A stretch of 64,000 bases of DNA from an uncultured Bacteroidales bacterium (GCA_902770595.1 CACXTQ010000030.1:7105-71104); one strand, 5' to 3'; counted from the first letter of the stretch, positions 53,352-63,867 are shown. Made by a program: numbers and translations. Notes: a model not told the origin generated them from the letters alone.

Positions 53352-55034
53352 ATGACTTGGATTGACGTCTTGACGTTGATTGGTGCCATCGGCCTTTTCC
53401 TTTATGGACTGAGGCTGATGAGCGAAGGCCTGCAGAAGGCTGCTGGCGACAGCCTCCGCAAGGCTTTGTCGGCGATGCGTAGCAACCGCTTTGCCGCGAT
53501 GCTGATGGGCGTGCTCATCACGGCCCTCATCCAATCTTCGTCGGCTACGACGGTGATTGTCGTTTCGTTTGTCAATGGCGGACTGGTCACACTGGCTCAA
53601 TCAATGGCCGTCATCATGGGAGCCAATGTGGGCACGACGCTGACGACGTGGATCATTGCTCTGTTCAGTTTCAAGTTCAATATCGCTTTTCTCATTTTCC
53701 CGCTCATCGCGCTTTCGCTTCCCTTTTTCAATTCGAACAGCAGTCGCGGTAATGCTTGGGGTGAGTTTATAATCGGCTTTTCGCTGCTCTTCCTCGGCTT
53801 GGAGGAACTGAAGCACCTTGTGCCCGTCGTCTCGCAGATGCCGGCAGTGATTGACGTGCTGCACGATTCGAGTGCGATGGGTTATCCCTCGATTCTCATC
53901 TTTTTGGTGGCCGGTATGTTGCTTACAATGGTTGTGCAGGCTACAAGCGCCACCTTCGCCATCGCCTTGCTGATGTGCGTCAACCAATGGATCTCGTTCG
54001 AGATGGGATGCGCCCTCGTGCTTGGCTCCAATATCGGCACATGCCTCACCCCCATGCTTGCCACCCTTTCGGCCAACACCATGGCCAAGCGAGCCGCATT
54101 GGGCCACCTGCTGTTCAACGTATTGGGTATGGTCTGGGCTTTGGCAATCTTCTATTACCTATGTGATGCCATCAGCTACCTTTGCAGCCACATCGGACTA
54201 GGCAATCCCCATGAGGTCGATAATGTTGCGATGGGACTTGCAATGTTCCACACCGTGTTCAACTTCATCAGCCTCTGCCTGATGCTGCCGCTCACTACAC
54301 AAATTGCGCGCCTACTGACGCGCCTCATTCCCGAAAAGGAAGACCAAGAAAAGGATTTCAAACTACAGTACATCAACACGGGCTTCATGACTGCATCGAG
54401 CGAGATGGCCCTCGTGCAGGTACAGAAGGAAGCTTCGCGCTATGGCGAAGAGGTGTACAAGATGTTTGGGATGATCCGGACGATGCTCGATGAACAAATG
54501 GGTTCGGAAAAACAACTTGAACTGAATCAGCGCATCCGTCGCATGGAGGAAGACAGTGACAGTGCAGAACTCGAAATAGCAAAATTCCTCAATAGCGTTT
54601 CACCCAAGACCCTCTCCTATTCAGGTGAGCAACTAAGTCGCAACCTCTACAAGGAGGTAGACGAACTGGAATCGATAGCCGATGCCATCTGCCACATCTC
54701 GATGGTGCTCTATCAGAAGTATGAGCAGCGTGTGCGCTTCACTCTCGACATGAACAAGAATCTCTCTCAGATGATGTCGCTCATCGATATTGCCCTGGCT
54801 CACATGCTCAAGGTTTTGGCCATGGATCAGGTGCCGCAAAGCGCTCTCAACAAGGCTTACAACCACGAAGACGAGATCAACAACCTCAGGAATCAGTTAC
54901 GTAACGAAATATTCGACTCACTCGACCGCAAGAAGATCGACTACTATCAGCACTCCTTCTTCATGCACATCATCAACGAATGCGAAAAAATCGGTGACTA
55001 CGTGATTAACGTCATTTCAGCAGCAAGCGAATAA
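53352..55034 (+). CDS. Na/Pi cotransporter family protein with a C-terminal PhoU-like domain
   Basis: 560 aa. GLFLYGLRLMSEGLQ...LIQSSSATT repeated (VQATSATF). C-terminal helical PhoU-like repeats. Confidence 0.85.
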   Translation: MTWIDVLTLIGAIGLFLYGLRLMSEGLQKAAGDSLRKALSAMRSNRFAAMLMGVLITALIQSSSATTVIVVSFVNGGLVTLAQSMAVIMGANVGTTLTTWIIALFSFKFNIAFLIFPLIALSLPFFNSNSSRGNAWGEFIIGFSLLFLGLEELKHLVPVVSQMPAVIDVLHDSSAMGYPSILIFLVAGMLLTMVVQATSATFAIALLMCVNQWISFEMGCALVLGSNIGTCLTPMLATLSANTMAKRAALGHLLFNVLGMVWALAIFYYLCDAISYLCSHIGLGNPHEVDNVAMGLAMFHTVFNFISLCLMLPLTTQIARLLTRLIPEKEDQEKDFKLQYINTGFMTASSEMALVQVQKEASRYGEEVYKMFGMIRTMLDEQMGSEKQLELNQRIRRMEEDSDSAELEIAKFLNSVSPKTLSYSGEQLSRNLYKEVDELESIADAICHISMVLYQKYEQRVRFTLDMNKNLSQMMSLIDIALAHMLKVLAMDQVPQSALNKAYNHEDEINNLRNQLRNEIFDSLDRKKIDYYQHSFFMHIINECEKIGDYVINVISAASE

Positions 55035-55049
55035 ATAAATTATAATATA

Positions 55050-55631
55050 ATGTATTTAGAGAATATCCATCTACGCCAATGCGGAAGCATTGAAGTGATT
55101 TGCGGCTCGATGTTTTCGGGTAAGACCGAAGAACTCATCCGTCGCATCAACCGTGTGAAGATTGCCAAGCGCAAGATACAGATCTTCAAACCTACCATCG
55201 ACAGCCGATATAGCAAGACCGACATTGTCAGTCATGCCAACAGCACGAGCGAAGCCATACCCGTACAAAATGCTCGTGTAATCAGCAACCTGGTAGAGGC
55301 CGACACCGAAGTTGTTGCCATCGACGAAGCACAGTTCTTCGACGTGAATGTGCTCGACGTCGTACGTGAACTGGTTGACCAGGGAAAGCGAGTCATTATC
55401 GCTGGCCTCGACATGGACTACCTGGGCCAGCCTTTCGGCCCGATGCCCGACCTGATGGCAATGGCCGACGACGTCTATAAATGCCGCGCCATCTGCATGA
55501 AGTGCGGTCATCTGGCCAACTTCTCGTATCGAATCTCCAATGCCAGCCAGCAGGTGATGATCGGTGCCAAACAGGAGTACATGCCCCTGTGCCGTTGCTG
55601 TTATGCCGAAATGATGCAGGAAAAGAAGTGA
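55050..55631 (+). CDS. tdk: thymidine kinase
   Basis: 193 aa. GSMFSGKTEELIRR. VVAIDEAQFF. Zinc-ribbon cysteines (CMKCG...CRCC). Confidence 0.9.
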   Translation: MYLENIHLRQCGSIEVICGSMFSGKTEELIRRINRVKIAKRKIQIFKPTIDSRYSKTDIVSHANSTSEAIPVQNARVISNLVEADTEVVAIDEAQFFDVNVLDVVRELVDQGKRVIIAGLDMDYLGQPFGPMPDLMAMADDVYKCRAICMKCGHLANFSYRISNASQQVMIGAKQEYMPLCRCCYAEMMQEKK

Positions 55632-57610
55632 GACACATCATCATCTTTCTCGGATACAATCAATCGCGTATCCAGCATCCCGTCTATCGTCGGTTCATCC
55701 AGGCTTCACTCGTTGGACGCAACACGACCTTGCTCTTCCAATCACACCAACTGGAGGAGCGTGAGTTTGTGCACGAAGTAAACGAGCAGCAGCGCAGAGC
55801 TGGTATGCCCAGCGAACTCGGATTCCACATTTGCGCTACGCTCGACGAACCCGTGATGGGCCAACAGATCATACAAGCCATAACGATGATACGTCGCCTA
55901 TACGATGTTCCATCCTATGTCTATGCCCTTCTGCCTGACCTCGACACCTGCACTGCAATCCAGAAGAAGAATGCGTGGAACAGTCTCGTGGCCATCAACA
56001 ACGGCATCAACGATTATCCCGACGTACAGCTCATCTCCCACTGTTTCCTCTATCACGACAGTTCCCAGGTGTCGTTGGCGCATTTTCTTTTCGACATCAC
56101 ACAGGAGAGTGAGGCACTCGACCTGGTGGAACGTTACGGTTACCTCAACAAACTGCGTCGGCCGAAAACCTACAATACTGCCTTCGAGATGGAGTTCCCG
56201 GCCATTTTCAGTTCTTTCAATGTCAGTGGCATCAGTTATCCCGACGACGAGATACGCCACTACATTCATCAGAGCTACCTGAATGCCTTGCTCGGACTAA
56301 GCCGCCCGGAGGTCAATCCGATTGGCATGGAGCAGTGCAACGAACACGTCAGCGAACTTCTTACAGACCTTCCATTGTCTGAAGAACTCACCGACTTGAC
56401 GGGCGACCATTTCCTTGCCCTCAACCGTGCGTCGGGAGTAACATGGCAAAATGTCGAAAAGTACTGGCGACAAGCTGTGGAGCGCATCGTGCAGGACCTG
56501 CAGGACAAGCCACGCGACGAATGGGCATCGCAGCTTCGCAATAATCTTGAAGTCGATTACCAGACCCGATATAGAAATATGGGCGTCGAATACTTCTATC
56601 GACAAGAGAAGAAGAAGACACCCGACTATTGCCTGGCCCTGCTTTGCACCTTGAAGGAAAAACTGCAAGAGATTCTACTCCACTCAGCGTATCCACCCGA
56701 GACGGGTCAGGACATTGTACGTTCCATCATCAACCACCTGCAATTACTGACACTCCATTTCAACCAACGACAGGCCGACCTCGGAAAAACGTTGGAACAT
56801 GCCGATGAGACAATCAAGGACTACATCCGTCGTTGGGAAAAATTCGGATTCTTCGACCGTATGCGTGGCAAGGACAAGTCGCTCTTCGACGACTATCAGT
56901 CGGCAATCACCAGCTACTATATCCAGCGCACCCAATACGAAGGTGCCGCCTTTGCCACTAAGTTGCTCAATGAGTTCATTCCTCAGGTATCGGCCATATC
57001 CAGCCAGTCGGAACACCTTGCACAGGTTTGCCAGGAGGCTTTTGAGACGACTCAACAATATTTGAATGACAATCCGCCCTCAGCCCTCGACACCACCTTC
57101 CCCGTGCAGCCCATCGTCGATGCCGTACAGGCAATCCGATTGGACACGACCCAGCTCCAGCACGATTACCTCGTAATATCGAAGATGCTTTACGGCGAGA
57201 TGCCACCGCTTCATGCCGAAGACTTGCTACATCGTCTGCGCGACGGACTTGGCAACGACATCGACTGTTACATCCACCAACGCATCACAGACAGCACTTT
57301 GCCACCCATCCTCAACGTGAGCATCGTGGACCGTGTCGCAGGGCTCTACAGCCAAGACAAGGGCGGTCTGAAGGGATTTGTCGATCAATTGAAAAATGAT
57401 ACCGCCATCTCCCTAAAGTTGAAGGGAAATGGCGGACATAAAGAACAATACCTGTTGATCGCTCCGGAATGCGGGGGCCAGTTGGGTCCACAAATTGTGG
57501 GTTCTGAACCATCGTCGCTCGAGATGCTGCATATCATTACGGGCATCTGTCTTACGGACTTAGATGGCTTCGCCGGTCAGCGCATGTTCGTCGAACCATC
57601 GATCTTTTAG
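55628..57610 (+). CDS. large uncharacterized cytoplasmic protein, apparently translationally coupled to tdk
   Basis: Proposed GTG start at 55628 overlapping the tdk TGA (GTGA), giving about 660 aa. The track ORF (55481) overlaps tdk by 150 nt. No recognisable motifs. Confidence 0.55.
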   Translation: MRHIIIFLGYNQSRIQHPVYRRFIQASLVGRNTTLLFQSHQLEEREFVHEVNEQQRRAGMPSELGFHICATLDEPVMGQQIIQAITMIRRLYDVPSYVYALLPDLDTCTAIQKKNAWNSLVAINNGINDYPDVQLISHCFLYHDSSQVSLAHFLFDITQESEALDLVERYGYLNKLRRPKTYNTAFEMEFPAIFSSFNVSGISYPDDEIRHYIHQSYLNALLGLSRPEVNPIGMEQCNEHVSELLTDLPLSEELTDLTGDHFLALNRASGVTWQNVEKYWRQAVERIVQDLQDKPRDEWASQLRNNLEVDYQTRYRNMGVEYFYRQEKKKTPDYCLALLCTLKEKLQEILLHSAYPPETGQDIVRSIINHLQLLTLHFNQRQADLGKTLEHADETIKDYIRRWEKFGFFDRMRGKDKSLFDDYQSAITSYYIQRTQYEGAAFATKLLNEFIPQVSAISSQSEHLAQVCQEAFETTQQYLNDNPPSALDTTFPVQPIVDAVQAIRLDTTQLQHDYLVISKMLYGEMPPLHAEDLLHRLRDGLGNDIDCYIHQRITDSTLPPILNVSIVDRVAGLYSQDKGGLKGFVDQLKNDTAISLKLKGNGGHKEQYLLIAPECGGQLGPQIVGSEPSSLEMLHIITGICLTDLDGFAGQRMFVEPSIF

Positions 57611-57718
57611 ATTTTCTACATTGCTCGGGTTATAGCAGCGAGCCAACATCTGCAGTTTGTGGATGGTCTCCCGACGAGGACCCGGTATTGAAGATAGTAA
57701 GGAAGTAAATCTATGCTT

Positions 57719-57774
57719 CATAGGCACACGTTTTATTGGTCAGTCAATAATAAAACGTGTGCCTATGATTTTTA
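57719..57774 (+). terminator. intrinsic terminator with a 19-bp perfect stem
   Basis: cataggcacacgttttatt (57719-57737) / aataaaacgtgtgcctatg (57749-57767), followed by attttta. Confidence 0.75.
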
Positions 57775-57821
57775 TTGTATAAAGAGCAAAAATTATTTTC
57801 GAAAATATAGTTTTCTGTTTG

Positions 57822-58640
57822 TCACGGTCGAACCGTCACATGGAAACAGGGCTGCTTGATTTCGTATTTCACATAGCAATAACCCATTGCCTGCAGGTCG
57901 TAGAGCGCCTTGGCAAGGTCTTCTTTGAGTTTTCCCTCCCACGTTTTGCCATGAATGTCGAAACGGTTATAGGTGATGTCGAACGTCGTACCGTAGCAAT
58001 GGGTTGAGTTGGTTGTAGCATTCACATTCACACGGCTCAACTTCTGCACGTCACTTTGCGTTCGCAACACGCTCGAAATGAGGAAGCGTGATTTTGTGCC
58101 ATTATATTCCTGCATCAATCGGCCCAAGTCGGTCAGGAAATCAGCAGCACGGGGCACCAGATAGGGCGACGAACTGGTCAGCGGCAGGACTTTGAAGTAA
58201 CGCGTGTCCTTGAGTTCCACAAGTTCTTCCTTCATCTGAAACAGTATTTCCCGATTTTCAACAGGTGTGATACCCAGTTCGGTGGCTGCAGTGAGATGCA
58301 CGTCGTTGACAAAGGCAAAGTCCCTCGCAAAGTTCGGCACACGCTTCGGATGCCGCTTGTCTTCGGGGACAGGGAACTCGGCATGATGTTTCGAACTCCA
58401 GCAGTATTCGTCATCTACCTCTTCTTCAAACAGTTCCTTGGCGTCGTTGAACACCGAGACAACAAACTCGACACAAGCCTTCACTCCACAATAGCCTCCA
58501 TAGCCGATGCCGACTACTCCTGCCAGCAAAGAAAGTGCCAGCAGGATTCCTATAACATGTCGGGGCCAAAAGCTAAGTCTATAATATCTCCTTTCGAGCC
58601 AACTGAGAGCCCGAAACATTGATCTACTGAATTGATTCAT
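57822..58640 (-). CDS. membrane-anchored LAS-superfamily (VanY/M15-like, DUF5715-like) protein
   Basis: 272 aa. N-terminal TM. NSTHCYGTTFDI (SxHxxGxxxD) and C-terminal CFHVTV suggest the LAS metallopeptidase fold. Confidence 0.5.
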   Translation of the reverse strand: MNQFSRSMFRALSWLERRYYRLSFWPRHVIGILLALSLLAGVVGIGYGGYCGVKACVEFVVSVFNDAKELFEEEVDDEYCWSSKHHAEFPVPEDKRHPKRVPNFARDFAFVNDVHLTAATELGITPVENREILFQMKEELVELKDTRYFKVLPLTSSSPYLVPRAADFLTDLGRLMQEYNGTKSRFLISSVLRTQSDVQKLSRVNVNATTNSTHCYGTTFDITYNRFDIHGKTWEGKLKEDLAKALYDLQAMGYCYVKYEIKQPCFHVTVRP

Positions 58641-58649
58641 TACTAATTA

Positions 58650-60824
58650 TTATGGCAAAGGTTTCAAACCTTCCCAACGTACATTCCACTTACCATCCTT
58701 AGGCCAACCGGGATTCTTGCCCAGCTCACAGCCATCCCAACCTGCACACATCATAGCCACAGCCGTCAGCAGGCCTCCATTGCCTGGCAGATAGCAGCGC
58801 AGACGTTGATCCTGGAAGTTGTGTCCGTTGGGCAGATAGGTATTGGTACGTTCCTTGTTCAATAGAATCGATACGGCATCTTCAGGACGATTCAAACGTG
58901 CGGCACACATCGCTGTCATCGGGTAATCCCATCCCCAGGTATGGTTCCAATTCCAGTTATCCATCACCCACGAAAGCGTATTGCTCATGATAGTATCGTT
59001 GATGAGACGCGAGTCAGGATAAATGCCGAGAGCACCAAGCACAGCCATATGGTCGCTGGTCAGACGACGATCGCTATAGGTATCGGGATTGGTTTCGCAA
59101 GCCAGATAGACCTTGCCGTATTTCTTGTTCTTATCTACGTTGAATTCCGAATTGTCGGCAGCGCCGTCCTTCCATGCCAAGGGCGCAATGAGGTCGATGA
59201 TTGAGTCCCAACGAGCCACACGCTCCTCTCCCTTGATCTCACGCCAGTGCTGGGCCATCATGAGCACTGTGCGCCATTCCGAGAGTTCATAGGGCGAATT
59301 CACTACCTCGGCAGCACGAAGTGTCTCCTGTGCAGGGATATTGCCCTTCAGAACAAATCGATTGTTTTCGGGCTCAAATACGGCAAAATCGCCCATGAAC
59401 GTGGCGGTCTCCATCACAATGTCGTAATAGCGATCGACCACTGAAGGATCGTTGCGACGCAGAAGTTCGGCCAGATAGATGGGATGAGGCTGTTGCCAGA
59501 TCAGGAAACTGCCCACCTTCGAAGGAGCCTCCATGCCGCTTGGGTCCGTCATCTTCATCCAGCGCACGCCCTCGTAGCCTTGTCGCTCGGCAATCTCTTT
59601 AGCCAAAGCGTGCGGTTCGGGTTGCTTGTACCACGAAAGGGTGCGGTCGAGCAGTTCGCCATGTCCCCAAAGCGGGAGCCATGCCTGGTGCCAATAGATC
59701 ATCTCGAGATGGAACTTGCCGAACCACGAGTTGTAGGTCAGGCCCGTCTCCTGTGGTGGCGTATGACCTGCGCTGTTGATGGCCAGCAGGTATTGGCTGA
59801 GCACGACGCGGCGCTCCATCTCCTTGGCACGTGGGTCGGTGCATTCGCTGAAATCGACGGCGGCACCTTCTGTCCAGAAGGTTTTCCAATGTGCTTCACT
59901 AGCGGCAATGACATCGGCAGTATTCATCATAGTAGGCACGTTTTGCAGCGTGTCGGGACGCCAGCGGAAAGTCAGGTCATAGCGACCAGTCTCGTTCTTT
60001 CGAGGCTCGATGAGAACCTTGTTGTTGTCAATCTGCTCAAGGGCGCAGCCTTCGCCTCCCTCGATGTCGATGATGAAGCCATAGGGCACGACGAACGACT
60101 TGTCGCGCAGCAGGCAGTCGGGCGTATTGAGCCAGTCGCTCGCATCGTCGGAATGCTTGCCCGTTGGACCAGGGATACGCAGCACGAGCGGCATAGGCTG
60201 CTCGGATTCGATGGACACACCAATGACGTCAGCCTCGGGTGCACAAGCCGTCACGACGTGCATAGGCATTCCATTGTATTTGTAGTCGGAAGTAATGGTG
60301 CCCGTCAGCAGGTCGAGCTTCTGGTTGATAGCGGTGATTTCGGGGTTCTCACCTTCATCGATGAAGAGGCCCAGATTACCCAAGTGAAGACGATGCGGAT
60401 TGGCACGCAACCAGTCGGAGGCGGCTGCCTTACGGGCATCCTTCTTCGGATTCACCTGCTGTGAGTAGAGTGCCTCCTTGCTACCCGTGCCGAAGTCGTA
60501 GGCAACAAGCACTTCCTTCGGGTCATACTTCTCTGGATTGTCAAAACTATGCCATCCCCAGCTCGACATGGTGCCAAGGGGCACACCTTTACTATATTTT
60601 TCAGGGAAGGTCTGAAGGCCGGTGACATCGACGGTCATAGCGAAGTCTCCGTTGCCTACTGTCAGCGACGCCATGGTGTCGATGGCGGTTACGACAGGGT
60701 TGTTTCGCTCCAGCAGAGCCACTCGGTCGATGGGTGCATCGGCCTTCCTATTGCACGAAACGAGCACTGCAGCCATAGCTGCAAGTCCCATTAATTTTGC
60801 GGTAGTGACATTTGAATTTTGCAT
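58650..60824 (-). CDS. (alpha/alpha)6-type glycoside hydrolase-like lipoprotein (family uncertain)
   Basis: I chose the start at MQNSNV (60824), 21 nt downstream of a TATATTTG box. Lipobox LVSC. The large Trp-rich domain resembles six-hairpin glycosidases. The track ORF extends to 60992. Confidence 0.5.
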   Translation of the reverse strand: MQNSNVTTAKLMGLAAMAAVLVSCNRKADAPIDRVALLERNNPVVTAIDTMASLTVGNGDFAMTVDVTGLQTFPEKYSKGVPLGTMSSWGWHSFDNPEKYDPKEVLVAYDFGTGSKEALYSQQVNPKKDARKAAASDWLRANPHRLHLGNLGLFIDEGENPEITAINQKLDLLTGTITSDYKYNGMPMHVVTACAPEADVIGVSIESEQPMPLVLRIPGPTGKHSDDASDWLNTPDCLLRDKSFVVPYGFIIDIEGGEGCALEQIDNNKVLIEPRKNETGRYDLTFRWRPDTLQNVPTMMNTADVIAASEAHWKTFWTEGAAVDFSECTDPRAKEMERRVVLSQYLLAINSAGHTPPQETGLTYNSWFGKFHLEMIYWHQAWLPLWGHGELLDRTLSWYKQPEPHALAKEIAERQGYEGVRWMKMTDPSGMEAPSKVGSFLIWQQPHPIYLAELLRRNDPSVVDRYYDIVMETATFMGDFAVFEPENNRFVLKGNIPAQETLRAAEVVNSPYELSEWRTVLMMAQHWREIKGEERVARWDSIIDLIAPLAWKDGAADNSEFNVDKNKKYGKVYLACETNPDTYSDRRLTSDHMAVLGALGIYPDSRLINDTIMSNTLSWVMDNWNWNHTWGWDYPMTAMCAARLNRPEDAVSILLNKERTNTYLPNGHNFQDQRLRCYLPGNGGLLTAVAMMCAGWDGCELGKNPGWPKDGKWNVRWEGLKPLP

Positions 60825-60844
60825 ATCTTCATATTTAGCGGGTG

Positions 60845-60852
60845 CAAATATA
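60845..60852 (-). promoter_or_regulatory. -7 promoter box TATATTTG for 58650-60824
   Basis: Plus-strand caaatata. Confidence 0.55.
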
Positions 60853-60914
60853 GGAAAATAATTTGACAAAAACAAAATCATCGACAAATATTTGTTTTTT
60901 TCGGGCAAAAATAC

Positions 60915-60922
60915 TACATTTG
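60915..60922 (+). promoter_or_regulatory. -7 promoter box TACATTTG for the AICAR transformylase gene
   Basis: TAnnTTTG match, 33 nt before the ATG at 60955. Confidence 0.55.
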
Positions 60923-60954
60923 CACCGACTATAAGGTCAGTACATATATTTAAT

Positions 60955-62136
60955 ATGAAAGAACTCGAACTCAAATACGGCTGCAATCCCAATCAGAAGC
61001 CGTCACGAATCTTTATGGAGGGCGACAAGGAACTGCCCATCACCGTTCTCAATGGCCGTCCAGGCTACATCAACCTTCTCGATGCCTTCAACAGCTGGCA
61101 GCTCGTCAGCGAGCTTAAGGCTGCCACCGGCCTTCCTGCTGCCACCAGTTTCAAGCACGTATCGCCTGCTGGCGCTGCTGTGGGTCTGCCTCTCAGCGAG
61201 ACATTGAAGAAGATCTATTTCACCGATGACTATGAACTCACCCCATTGGCTTCAGCCTATGTACGTGCCCGTGGCGCCGACCGCATGTCATCGTTTGGCG
61301 ACTTCATTGCACTCTCCGATGTATGCGATGTGGCTACTGCCCGTCTCATCAACCGCGAAGTGAGTGATGGTGTCATTGCCCCAGGCTACGAACCCGAGGC
61401 CCTCGCCATTCTTCAAGCCAAGCGCAAGGGAACCTACTGCGTCATTCAGATGGATCCATCCTACCGCCCTGCTCCCGTTGAGCGCAAGATGGTCTATGGT
61501 ATTACTTTCGAACAGGGACGTAATGAAATCAATCTCAACGACGATGCGCTCTTCGCCAACATCCCCACCCAGAACAAGAATCTTCCCGCCGAGGCTCGTC
61601 GCGATCTTGTCATCGCGCTCATCACCCTCAAATATACCCAGTCCAATTCGGTATGCTACGTGAAGGACGGTCAGGCAATCGGCATTGGCGCCGGTCAGCA
61701 AAGCCGCATTCACTGCACACGTCTCGCCGGCAACAAGGCCGACATCTGGTGGCTTCGCCAGCATCCAAAGGTGATGGCACTTCCGTTCAAGGAAGGCATC
61801 AAGCGTGCCGACCGCGACAACACCATCGATGTATACATCAGTGAGGAGGAACATGACGACGTACTGCGCGAAGGCACATGGCAGAACTTCTTCACCGAGC
61901 GTCCCGAGGTACTCACCTTGGCCGAGAAGAAGGAGTGGCTCCAGAAACTTTCGGGCGTCTCCTTAGGCTCAGATGCCTTCTTCCCCTTCGGCGACAACAT
62001 CGAGCGTGCTCGCAAGTCGGGTGTCCAGTACATCGCCGAAGCCGGCGGTTCGGTACGCGACGATAATGTGATTGCCACCTGCGACAAGTATGGCTTGGTA
62101 TGCGTCTTCACTGGCGTTCGTCTCTTCCACCATTAA
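60955..62136 (+). CDS. purH: phosphoribosylaminoimidazolecarboxamide formyltransferase (AICARFT domain only, short PurH-like form)
   Basis: I chose the start at MKELELKYGCNPNQ (60955), giving 393 aa. FKHVSPAGAAVG and GAGQQSRIHC match AICARFT motifs. No N-terminal IMP cyclohydrolase/MGS domain. Confidence 0.8.
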   Translation: MKELELKYGCNPNQKPSRIFMEGDKELPITVLNGRPGYINLLDAFNSWQLVSELKAATGLPAATSFKHVSPAGAAVGLPLSETLKKIYFTDDYELTPLASAYVRARGADRMSSFGDFIALSDVCDVATARLINREVSDGVIAPGYEPEALAILQAKRKGTYCVIQMDPSYRPAPVERKMVYGITFEQGRNEINLNDDALFANIPTQNKNLPAEARRDLVIALITLKYTQSNSVCYVKDGQAIGIGAGQQSRIHCTRLAGNKADIWWLRQHPKVMALPFKEGIKRADRDNTIDVYISEEEHDDVLREGTWQNFFTERPEVLTLAEKKEWLQKLSGVSLGSDAFFPFGDNIERARKSGVQYIAEAGGSVRDDNVIATCDKYGLVCVFTGVRLFHH

Positions 62137-62202
62137 TCAGCATTCAAAATCTGTATCCAGAACAAGAACTATAAACCAAAAACATTACTTAAAATTTATT
62201 TT

Positions 62203-63867
62203 ATGGAAGCAACAGTTGAAAAAAGCGCTCTTGAGATTGCTCGTTCAGCTTATCGTCCCAAGATGCCTAAGGCCCTCTGCGGCCCTCTTACCATCGTAGA
62301 AGGTGAACCCACCCAATCTGCCGACAACCAGGAGGAGATCAAGGAACTCTTCCCCAACACCTACGGCATGCCTTACGTTCACTTCGAGCCCTCTGAGGGC
62401 GGCAAGCATTCGGCTTCGCTCAACGTAGGCGTCATCCTCTCTGGCGGCCAGGCTCCTGGTGGTCATAATGTTATCTCTGGTCTCTTCGACGGCGTGAAGA
62501 GCCTCAATCCCAAGAACCGTCTCTACGGCTTCATCCTCGGCCCTGCCGGCCTCATTGAGCACAACTACATTGAGCTCACTGGCAACATCATTGACGAGTA
62601 CCGCAACACCGGTGGTTTCGACATCATCGGCTCTGGCCGTACCAAGCTCGAGAAGAAGGAGCAGTTCGACAAGGGTCTTGAGATTCTTCAGGCTCTCGAC
62701 ATCAAGGCTCTCGTAATCATTGGTGGTGACGACTCCAACACCAATGCCTGCGTGCTCGCCGAATACTACAAGGCCATCGGTGCTGACGTGCAGGTTATCG
62801 GCTGCCCAAAGACCATCGACGGCGACCTCAAGAACAGCGAGATCGAGGCATCGTTCGGCTTCGACACCGCTACAAAGGTTTACTCTGAGGTGATCGGCAA
62901 CATTATGCGCGACTGCAACTCTGCCAAGAAGTACTGGCACTTCGTGAAGCTTATGGGTCGTAGCGCCAGCCACGTTACCCTCGAGTGCGCCCTTCAGACT
63001 CACCCCAATGTTACCCTGCTCGGCGAGGAGGTTGAAGCAAAGAACCAGACCCTCGACGACATCGTAACCTATATTGCAGAAGTCGTTACCGACCGTGCTA
63101 ACCTCGGTATGAACTATGGCGTTGTCCTCGTTCCTGAGGGACTCATCGAGTTCATTCCAGCCATCAAGCGACTCATCGCTGAGCTCAACGACATGCTCGC
63201 CAAGAACCAGGCCGACTTCGACCTCGTAGCCGACGACAAGAAGATTGACTACGTGCTCGCTCACCTCTCTGACGAGAACGCTGCCCTCTTCAAGTCCCTT
63301 CCGCTCTCTGTAAGTCGTCAGTTGGCTCTCGAGCGCGACCCACACGGCAACGTACAGGTATCGCTCATCGAGACCGAGCAGCTGCTCGCCGAGATGGTTG
63401 CCAAGAAACTCGCCGACTGGAAGCGCGATGGTATCTACACCGGCAAGTTCGCTACCCAGCACCACTTCTTCGGATATGAGGGCCGTTGCGCCGCTCCATC
63501 CAACTGGGATGCTGACTACTGCTATAGCCTTGGTTACAACGCATCTATGCTCATCGCTGCTGGCAAGACCGGCTACATGTCCTCTATCAAGAACACCTTC
63601 CGTCCTGCCGACGAATGGATCGCTGGTGGTATCCCCATCACCATGATGATGAACATGGAGAAGCGCAATGGTCAGATGAAGCCTGTAATCACGAAGGCCC
63701 TCGTTGAACTTTCGGGCAAGCCCTACAAGTACTTCGTTCGTCATCGTACCGAGTGGTCACGCAACACCTCGTTCGTATATCCTGGCCCAATCCAGTATTT
63801 CGGCCCAGCTGAGGTTTGCGATCGTCCAACTGCAACACTCACCCTCGAGCAGAGTGACAAGCTCTGA
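62203..63867 (+). CDS. pfp: diphosphate--fructose-6-phosphate 1-phosphotransferase (PPi-dependent PFK)
   Basis: 554 aa. GVILSGGQAPGGHNV...IGGDDSNTNA...PKTIDGDL...MGRSASH. Confidence 0.9.
   Translation: MEATVEKSALEIARSAYRPKMPKALCGPLTIVEGEPTQSADNQEEIKELFPNTYGMPYVHFEPSEGGKHSASLNVGVILSGGQAPGGHNVISGLFDGVKSLNPKNRLYGFILGPAGLIEHNYIELTGNIIDEYRNTGGFDIIGSGRTKLEKKEQFDKGLEILQALDIKALVIIGGDDSNTNACVLAEYYKAIGADVQVIGCPKTIDGDLKNSEIEASFGFDTATKVYSEVIGNIMRDCNSAKKYWHFVKLMGRSASHVTLECALQTHPNVTLLGEEVEAKNQTLDDIVTYIAEVVTDRANLGMNYGVVLVPEGLIEFIPAIKRLIAELNDMLAKNQADFDLVADDKKIDYVLAHLSDENAALFKSLPLSVSRQLALERDPHGNVQVSLIETEQLLAEMVAKKLADWKRDGIYTGKFATQHHFFGYEGRCAAPSNWDADYCYSLGYNASMLIAAGKTGYMSSIKNTFRPADEWIAGGIPITMMMNMEKRNGQMKPVITKALVELSGKPYKYFVRHRTEWSRNTSFVYPGPIQYFGPAEVCDRPTATLTLEQSDKL

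Noticed and set aside
59484-60464. 326-aa plus-strand ORF
   Set aside because: It is antisense to the glycosidase-like gene.
60825-60954. ZTP (pfl-motif) riboswitch upstream of the purH-like gene
   Set aside because: The spacer is AT-rich and only about 30 nt separates the promoter box from the ATG. No GC-rich pseudoknot elements are present.
60825-60992. N-terminal extensions of the glycosidase ORF (to 60992) and of the purH-like ORF (from 60892)
   Set aside because: Both extensions read through each other's divergent promoter boxes (TATATTTG, TACATTTG). Internal Met codons give a normal lipoprotein signal and a normal AICARFT N-terminus respectively.
62245-63744. 499-aa minus-strand ORF
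   Set aside because: It is antisense to pfp, which is unambiguous.
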